A DNA stretch of 64,000 bases from Acidimicrobiia bacterium (lineage in GTDB: Bacteria > Actinomycetota > Acidimicrobiia > Spongiisociales > ZC4RG35), in NCBI GenBank assembly GCA_965203555.1, contig CBDBCY010000004.1, forward strand, positions 3,008,001-3,072,000, written 5' to 3'. The notes below the pieces were generated by a model. The model ran no database searches. It saw only the letters and a list, made by a program, of their open reading frames with translations, and had not been told where the DNA came from. The position numbers were made by a program, and so were the translations under genes. Shown piece after piece: positions 57,973-64,000 of this stretch. The stretch's first letter is position 1. Every line of letters begins with the position of its first letter.

Positions 57973-59085
57973 ATGGGGCCGGCGGAGCGCAGGCTCCGGT
58001 CAGAGGTCCGCGCTTGGATCGCCGCCAACGATCCCGGTCCGCCGCCTTCCGGATACACCGATCGCATCGAGGCTCTGGTCCGGTGGCAGGCCGCTTTGTG
58101 CGAAGCCGGATTCATGGGACTCTCCTGGCCGGTCCGATACGGGGGAAGGGGAATGTCGCTGGCCGCCGAAGCGGTGCTGGCCGAAGAGCTGGCCCGAAGC
58201 GGCGCGGCGGAGATCATCAACCGGTTGGCGCTGTACACCTGGGGTCCCACCCTGATGGACATGGGCGAATCCGAGCAGATGCGCCGTTTCCTTCCCGGCA
58301 TGCTGGACGCATCCGAACTGTGGTGCCAGGGCTTTTCCGAACCGGGCGCCGGGTCGGATCTGGCCGGAGTGCGGACCAAAGCAGTGCTCGACGGCGAGGA
58401 ACTGGTGATCACCGGCCAGAAAGTGTGGACTTCTCGCGCCGAGTTGTCCACCTACAACGCCCTGCTGGTGAGAACCGACGGCGAGCCTGGGCAACACCGG
58501 GGGCTCACCCTGGTGATGACGCCCATGAAAAGCGACGGGATCACCATCCGCCCCCTTCCCCAGATGCTCGGGGAGCCCCACTTCAGCGAGGTGTTCTTCG
58601 ATGAGGTCCGGGTTCCGGTCGCCAACGTGCTGGGCGGGCTTAACCAGGGATGGCGGGTGTCTATGAAAGCCATGGGCTACGAGCGGGGAATCTTCGTGCT
58701 GGAGCGCTCGATCCGCCTGAGGCGAAGGCTGGCGGAACTGGCGGATCGGGCTTCGCAGCAAGGAGAGTTGGATCGAGCCGCCCTGGCCGGGATCGGTCGC
58801 GTTCACGCTTCGTTGGAGATGCTCACCGCCCAGGCGTACCGGACCCTTGCCCACCAACAGGCGGGGACGCTGGTGCCGGGGTCCACTTCGGTGGACAAGC
58901 TCTATCTGGCCGAGGTATACCAGGACCTGTTCTCCACCGCGGTGGAGATCCTGGGTGCGGAGGTGACTCTCCGGGACGACGGTTGGACCCACGACCTGCT
59001 GGAGTCCCGCTCGGTCAGCATCTACTCGGGGACCTCGGAGATCCAAAAGAACGTGATCTCCGGGCGCCTGCTGGGATTGCGATGA
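57973..59085 (+). CDS. Acyl-CoA dehydrogenase family protein
   Basis: WCQGFSEPGAGSDLA, GQKVWTS, FSEVFFD, SIYSGTSEIQKN. Confidence 0.9.
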   Translation: MGPAERRLRSEVRAWIAANDPGPPPSGYTDRIEALVRWQAALCEAGFMGLSWPVRYGGRGMSLAAEAVLAEELARSGAAEIINRLALYTWGPTLMDMGESEQMRRFLPGMLDASELWCQGFSEPGAGSDLAGVRTKAVLDGEELVITGQKVWTSRAELSTYNALLVRTDGEPGQHRGLTLVMTPMKSDGITIRPLPQMLGEPHFSEVFFDEVRVPVANVLGGLNQGWRVSMKAMGYERGIFVLERSIRLRRRLAELADRASQQGELDRAALAGIGRVHASLEMLTAQAYRTLAHQQAGTLVPGSTSVDKLYLAEVYQDLFSTAVEILGAEVTLRDDGWTHDLLESRSVSIYSGTSEIQKNVISGRLLGLR

Positions 59086-60107
59086 GCGAGTTGGCCGTCG
59101 CCTTCGACCAGGCCCTGGAGGAGTTGCTCCCGTTCTCCGCCGCCCTGGACCGGGCCGGTGGGGACCGCTCGGCGCCCGCCGGGATACGGGAGGAGATACT
59201 GGGCATGGGCTGGAACGGGCTGAAGGCGCCCGAACAGGCCGGTGGCCTGGGGTTGGAGATGGGAGAGGTGATCGAGCTGTGCGCGGTGGCCGGTCGGCGC
59301 CTGCTGCCGGTGGCTCTGTTGGATGAAGCGTTGCTCCTGGCGCCCGCCCTGGGAGCGGCGGGGAGTCCCGCCTCCGAAGAAGTGGTGGCGGGAAGGGTAG
59401 CCGGTGGCGGCGGGTACGTCACCGACAGTACGGTGAGTTGGGATTCGGAAGGCAGGCTCTCGGTTTCCGGGGTGGGGGTGAGGCTGTCGCCGAATGCCCG
59501 ATTGGTCGGGCTCGCTCATCCCGAGTGGACGGCGGTGATGGGGTTGGATGCTCCCGGAGTCCGATTGGAGCGAGCCGACGCCTTGGACCGGGGCCAGGGC
59601 GTCCACCTGCTCTCTGCGGAAGCCGTGAAACCCGAAGTGGTGCTGGAGGGATGGATGAACGGCGGGCAAGCGGCCGCCGGCTGGCTGGCCGGACTGCTGG
59701 CCGACCTGGTGGGAGGCGCCGACCGGGTCCTGTCGATGTCGGTTTCCCACGCCCGGGCCAGGGAGCAGTTCGGACGGCCGTTGATTCGCTTCCAAGCGGT
59801 GACGCACCTTCTGGCGGACATGAAAGCCCGCCTGGAGCTAATGCGCTCGGCAGTGGCCCGCCTTGCCTTCTTGATGGAAGAAGAGGCCCTTGACACCTCT
59901 TTTCTGGCCGCCCTGCTCTGGTCGGTGCCCGCCTACGCCCGGGAGGTGTGCGAGTCGGCCATCCAGGTGCACGGAGGCATAGGATTCACCTGGGAATACG
60001 GTCTCCACCTCTACTATCGCCGCATCCTCTCCCTGCAGTCCATGCTGGGCGGGGCCCTGGACACTGCGACTACTGCCGGACGAGCCTATCTGAGTTCCAG
60101 CCGCTAA
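59082..60107 (+). CDS. Short acyl-CoA dehydrogenase, probable partner subunit of a heteromeric ACAD
   Basis: REQFGRPL..FQAV.HLLADM, AIQVHGGIGFTWE. Lacks the SEP..GSD motif. ATGA-coupled to the previous ACAD. Confidence 0.85.
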   Translation: MSELAVAFDQALEELLPFSAALDRAGGDRSAPAGIREEILGMGWNGLKAPEQAGGLGLEMGEVIELCAVAGRRLLPVALLDEALLLAPALGAAGSPASEEVVAGRVAGGGGYVTDSTVSWDSEGRLSVSGVGVRLSPNARLVGLAHPEWTAVMGLDAPGVRLERADALDRGQGVHLLSAEAVKPEVVLEGWMNGGQAAAGWLAGLLADLVGGADRVLSMSVSHARAREQFGRPLIRFQAVTHLLADMKARLELMRSAVARLAFLMEEEALDTSFLAALLWSVPAYAREVCESAIQVHGGIGFTWEYGLHLYYRRILSLQSMLGGALDTATTAGRAYLSSSR

Positions 60108-60129
60108 GGGACAGGAACACCGACTATCG

Positions 60130-60205
60130 GCGAGGAAAGGTAGCGGTTATGAGAGATAGTAGTATTGATGAGAAAAAGTAGTGTTGGCGAGGGAAGGTAG
60201 GATTC
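60130..60205. repeat. Four imperfect tandem 19-bp repeats upstream of the DUF4143 ATPase
   Basis: GCGAGGAAAGGTAGCGGTT / ATGAGAGATAGTAGTATTG / ATGAGAAAAAGTAGTGTTG / GCGAGGGAAGGTAGGATTC. Confidence 0.7.
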
Positions 60206-60253
60206 ATTCAGGGAGCATCATTCGACTATCTGCCGCGTATCGCGGATGAAGAT

Positions 60254-61504
60254 TTGAAGAAACTGCTGGGCGTGTTGCCTGCGATCAGCATCGAGGGGCC
60301 TCGAGCGGTGGGTAAGACACGAACCGCTCTCCGTCATGCCGAAACGGTATATGCCCTGGACGATCCCGAAGTCTTCGATGCGGTTAGAAAAGATCCCCGG
60401 CGAATAACGCAAGGGGAGGCGCCGATTCTCATCGACGAGTGGCAACGTTACCCCCCTGCTTGGGATATTGTTCGCCGTGAGGTTGACAAAGACTTCAGCC
60501 CAGGCCGATTCATTCTCACCGGCTCTGCTCGTCCGCAGGACTTTCCCGCGCATTCCGGCGCAGGCCGCATGGTGACACTACGGATGTGGACAACCACACT
60601 TGCAGAACGCTTCCAATACCAACGGAGTTGGTCCACAGTGAGCCTCCGGCGCCTCTTGTCGGGAGACTGTCCGGAAATCGGAGGCAGCACAGATCTAACC
60701 GTGGAGGATTATGCGCAGGAGATCGTGGCAGGTGGGTTCCCCGGCTGGCGCTACGCAATGGGACGAGCGCGGCGCCTCCTGCTCGACGGTTATCTGCATC
60801 GCCTTGCCGAGCACGATTTCCCCCTTGCGGGTCATCGATTGCGCAATCCGGCCGCGTTGCGTCGGTGGCTGACAGCCTATTCGGCGGTGACCGCCACAAA
60901 TGCCTCCTACGAAGCCATCCGAGATGCGGCAACCTCCGGCGAAGGAGAAAAACCGGCAAAAACCACAACTCTGGCTTACCGTGACACCCTGGAGGCCATG
61001 TGGGTGCTGGAGCCCCTACCGGCTTGGCTTCCGTTTGGAAGTCATCTCAGCAGGCTGAAGCGGGGTCCAAAGCATCATCTGACCGACACCGCTTTGGCGG
61101 TGAGACTCTTGAATGTCACCGCCGATTCGCTGCTGGGCGGAGGTCCGGCGCCCTCCACTGCCCCGGCCGGGGCTCCCGCCAATCTACTGGGCGCGTTTTT
61201 CGAGTCCCTGATCACCCACGACATGCGTGTCTACGCTCAAGCCGGCGATGCTCGGGTGTCGCATATGCGCACTTGGAACGATCAGCGCGAAGTGGACATC
61301 ATTGTCGAGCACGAAGGCAGAGTGCTGGCGACAGAAGTCAAGTTGGGTGGGGAGGTGACACGAAGGGACACCCGTCACCTCCTCTGGTTGCGGGACCGCC
61401 TGGGACCGGGCCTCCTCGATGCCATGGTGGTTACCACCGGCAGGAGAGCCTATCGCAATGATGAGGGCATTGCCATAGTACCCGCGGGTCTGCTGGGACC
61501 CTGA
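60254..61504 (+). CDS. AAA_14 ATPase with DUF4143 and C-terminal PD-(D/E)xK-like motif
   Basis: EGPRAVGKT, LIDEWQ, FILTGSA, HSGAGR, GGFP, PKHHLTD, FESL, EVDIIVE..EVK. Confidence 0.88.
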   Translation: MKKLLGVLPAISIEGPRAVGKTRTALRHAETVYALDDPEVFDAVRKDPRRITQGEAPILIDEWQRYPPAWDIVRREVDKDFSPGRFILTGSARPQDFPAHSGAGRMVTLRMWTTTLAERFQYQRSWSTVSLRRLLSGDCPEIGGSTDLTVEDYAQEIVAGGFPGWRYAMGRARRLLLDGYLHRLAEHDFPLAGHRLRNPAALRRWLTAYSAVTATNASYEAIRDAATSGEGEKPAKTTTLAYRDTLEAMWVLEPLPAWLPFGSHLSRLKRGPKHHLTDTALAVRLLNVTADSLLGGGPAPSTAPAGAPANLLGAFFESLITHDMRVYAQAGDARVSHMRTWNDQREVDIIVEHEGRVLATEVKLGGEVTRRDTRHLLWLRDRLGPGLLDAMVVTTGRRAYRNDEGIAIVPAGLLGP

Positions 61505-61625
61505 TCCGTCTCTCGTCGGGCCGGTCCCCGAGCCCGCCGTGGAATGCAGAGGGTTTCGTGCCTCTCCGTGTTCTTACGGCGACGAGCCGTTCGGGCATGT
61601 GCCCTTGTGGTGAGGGCTCGAATCG

Positions 61626-62417
61626 TCAGCGGCCGCGGAAACTGGGACGGCGTTTTTCGGCGATGGCCCGGAGGGCTTCGTCGTGGTCGTCGGAGAGGAA
61701 AGTGACCAGTTCCCAACCCCCTGCCGAGTCGAAGGCCACGTTGAGGGCGTCCTTGATGAGCTTGTTGACCGCCATCTTGGTGAAGCGAATGGCCAGGGGG
61801 GCGCCTTTGGCCAACCGCCGGGCGAACGCCACTGTCTCCGGCAGGAGTTGGTCGGCTGCGAAGACCCGATTGACCAGCCCGATCCTTTCCGCCTCTTCGG
61901 CGGAGAGGGGATTGCCGGTCATCAGGTATTCCTTGGCTCGGGCGGGTCCCACCAGGAGCGGCCAGATGGCGGTGCCCCCGTCTCCGGCCACCAGGCCCAC
62001 CCGTACGTGGGGATCGGAGATGACCGCGTCTTCGGCCATGAAGATCACGTCGCACAGCAGGGCTATGGATGCACCCAAGCCCACCGCCGGGCCGTTGACG
62101 GCGGCGATGATGGGGATCTCGATGTCCACCAGATCCCAGATGAGTTGTTTGGCGTCCCGGCGGAGATGATCCAGCTTGGCAGTGTCCCGCAGCGTCGGAA
62201 ACCACCCGAAGTCTCCTCCGGCCGAGAAGGCGCCTTCGCTTCCGGTCAGAATCGCCACCCGCGCCTCGTCTTCCCGTTTCAGCATTCTGAACAGCGCGGT
62301 CAGGTCCTCATGCAGTTGCCCGTCCACGGTGTTGAGCCTCGAGCGGGGATTGTCGATGACGGCGGTCAGTACATCTCCGTCACGCTGGATGCCGATGGTG
62401 GGAAGTTGGCTTTCCAT
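61626..62417 (-). CDS. Enoyl-CoA hydratase/isomerase family protein
   Basis: AFSAGGD, PIIAAVNGPAVGLG, DPHVRVGLVAGDGG, AEEAERIGLVN, EKRRPSF. Confidence 0.9.
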   Translation of the reverse strand: MESQLPTIGIQRDGDVLTAVIDNPRSRLNTVDGQLHEDLTALFRMLKREDEARVAILTGSEGAFSAGGDFGWFPTLRDTAKLDHLRRDAKQLIWDLVDIEIPIIAAVNGPAVGLGASIALLCDVIFMAEDAVISDPHVRVGLVAGDGGTAIWPLLVGPARAKEYLMTGNPLSAEEAERIGLVNRVFAADQLLPETVAFARRLAKGAPLAIRFTKMAVNKLIKDALNVAFDSAGGWELVTFLSDDHDEALRAIAEKRRPSFRGR

Positions 62418-62516
62418 TTTGCTCCTTGCCGAAAAACAGTCAGACTAATGGCCGGGCGCCGGGCTCGCCGCGTCTGCCAAAATAGTGTTGACATGGGCGT
62501 CCATTTGGAGCAGTAG

Positions 62517-63875
62517 GTGTTCGAAACATTAACTCAACGGTTTTCCAGGGTGTTCACCCGCCTGAAGGGAAAGGGACGCGTCACTCCGGCCGACCTGCGA
62601 TCGGCGTTGCGAGATGTGCGACTGGCCTTGCTGGACGCTGACGTCAACGTGGAAGTGGTCAATGGACTGGTGGAGCGTATCAGGAAGAGGGCAAGGGGGG
62701 CTGAGGTTTCCCGCAGTCTCACTCCCGGTCAGCAGGTCATCAAGATCGTCCACTCGGAGTTGATCAAAACCCTGGGGGAAGAACCGGCGCCACTGACGGT
62801 CAAAGGATCGCCTCTCACCATGATGCTGATCGGACTGCAGGGCGCCGGAAAGACCACTACCTCGGCCAAGGTAGCTCTGCATCTACGGGAGAAATACGGG
62901 AAGCGACCGCTGCTGGTGGCGGCGGACCTCCAGCGTCCCGCCGCGGTTGAGCAATTGGTGACTTTGGGAGGGAGAGCGGGGGTGGAGGTTTATCGAGATG
63001 CAGGCGCCTCCAACCCGCGGAGGGTGGTCCGCTCTGCTATGCGCCATGCCCGGGCTCGGGGCCACGATGCGGTGGTGATCGACACTGCCGGAAGACTGCA
63101 GATCGACAGGCGTCTGATGAGGGAACTGGCCGCCATGGCGGAGATCGCCCGTCCCCAGGAGACATTGCTGGTAGTGGACGCCATGACCGGTCAGGACGCG
63201 GTCAATGTGGCGCAGGGATTCTCCGAGAAAGTGGACCTGACGGGCATTGTCCTTTCCAAGTTGGACGGGGATGCCCGGGGAGGGGCGGCCATCTCGGTGA
63301 GTGAGGCCACCGGCCAAAAGGTCAAACTGGTTGGGGAAGGGGAGGAACTGGCGGCGCTGGCCGTTTTCCATCCTGATCGAATGGCTTCGCGCATTCTCGG
63401 GATGGGGGATGTGATGACTTTGATCGAAAAGGCAGAGGCTGTCACTGCTGCGGGCGACGCCGACAGGTTCGTGCGCGGCGCAGTCAACCAGAATCTGGGC
63501 CTCGATGACTTCTTGGAGCAGTTGCACAATTTGAGGAGGATGGGAGGTTTGAATCAGGTTCTTGCTATGATGCCCGGTGGGGCCCGATCAGGCATTGCCG
63601 GATTGAGCGATGACGAGATGCGTCGCACGGTGGGGATCATCCATTCGATGACTCCCGAAGAGAGACGCAATCCCAAACTGATCACCGGCAGCCGCCGACG
63701 TCGAATTGCCAACGGGTCGGGCGCCACGGTTGCGGCGGTGAACCGTTTGCTGAAGAGGTTCGCCGATACACAAAGAATGATGAACATGCTGTCCGGCGGG
63801 ACGAAGGTTCCAGGAATGGGGATGGAAGGTCTTCTCCAGCCGGCCAGGACCCGACGAAGACGACGTAAGAGGTGA
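62517..63875 (+). CDS. ffh: Signal recognition particle protein
   Basis: [62 protein letters not shown]-domain. Confidence 0.97.
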   Translation: MFETLTQRFSRVFTRLKGKGRVTPADLRSALRDVRLALLDADVNVEVVNGLVERIRKRARGAEVSRSLTPGQQVIKIVHSELIKTLGEEPAPLTVKGSPLTMMLIGLQGAGKTTTSAKVALHLREKYGKRPLLVAADLQRPAAVEQLVTLGGRAGVEVYRDAGASNPRRVVRSAMRHARARGHDAVVIDTAGRLQIDRRLMRELAAMAEIARPQETLLVVDAMTGQDAVNVAQGFSEKVDLTGIVLSKLDGDARGGAAISVSEATGQKVKLVGEGEELAALAVFHPDRMASRILGMGDVMTLIEKAEAVTAAGDADRFVRGAVNQNLGLDDFLEQLHNLRRMGGLNQVLAMMPGGARSGIAGLSDDEMRRTVGIIHSMTPEERRNPKLITGSRRRRIANGSGATVAAVNRLLKRFADTQRMMNMLSGGTKVPGMGMEGLLQPARTRRRRRKR

Positions 63876-63882
63876 GGAAACC

Positions 63883-64000
63883 ATGGCGGTACGCATCCGT
63901 CTGATGAGGATGGGAAAAAAGAAGAAGCCCAGCTACCGAGTGGTGGTGACCGATGGCCGGAAGCCGCGTGGCGGGCGGTATATAGAGCAGATTGGCCGCT
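63883..64000 (+). CDS. rpsP: 30S ribosomal protein S16 (partial, runs off the window)
   Basis: [39 protein letters not shown]; conserved ffh-rpsP order; GAGG RBS. Confidence 0.95.
   Translation, partial: MAVRIRLMRMGKKKKPSYRVVVTDGRKPRGGRYIEQIGR

Overview
GC-rich actinobacterial window, probably Acidimicrobiia-like. This is inferred from F420-dependent LLM/PPOX enzymes, an SLH protein and ffh-rpsP at the right end; taurine and methylamine catabolism would fit a marine host-associated lifestyle. Three kinds of content alternate. (1) Catabolic genes: acetoacetate-CoA ligase, N-methylglutamate synthase mgsABC with an APC permease, an unusual two-subunit B12 acyl-CoA mutase directly upstream of xsc and a tpa-like aminotransferase, CoA ligases, DUF35/thiolase, ackA, and a 14-kb SDR/2-oxoacid dehydrogenase/ABC/ACAD cluster. 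(2) Defence-like and toxin-antitoxin loci: a Rad50-type ATPase with a HEPN-like tail coupled to a small HEPN-like protein, an N6-MTase + PLD-SNF2 helicase + Schlafen(AlbA_2)-ATPase block, and several TA modules whose toxin halves are broken. (3) Small repeat structures. The most striking are an exact 36-bp repeat / 37-bp unique spacer / 36-bp repeat insertion that splits a PIN toxin gene and has the geometry of an ectopic Cas1-Cas2 spacer integration, AT-rich palindromic repeat arrays in front of three stand-alone ATPase genes, a G11 tract upstream of the MTase-helicase operon, and a diverged direct duplication of the ackA 3' end plus a methyltransferase flanking the PIN module. No rRNA, tRNA, cas genes, true CRISPR array or intact transposase was seen. 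All family calls come from visual motif recognition, not database searches.
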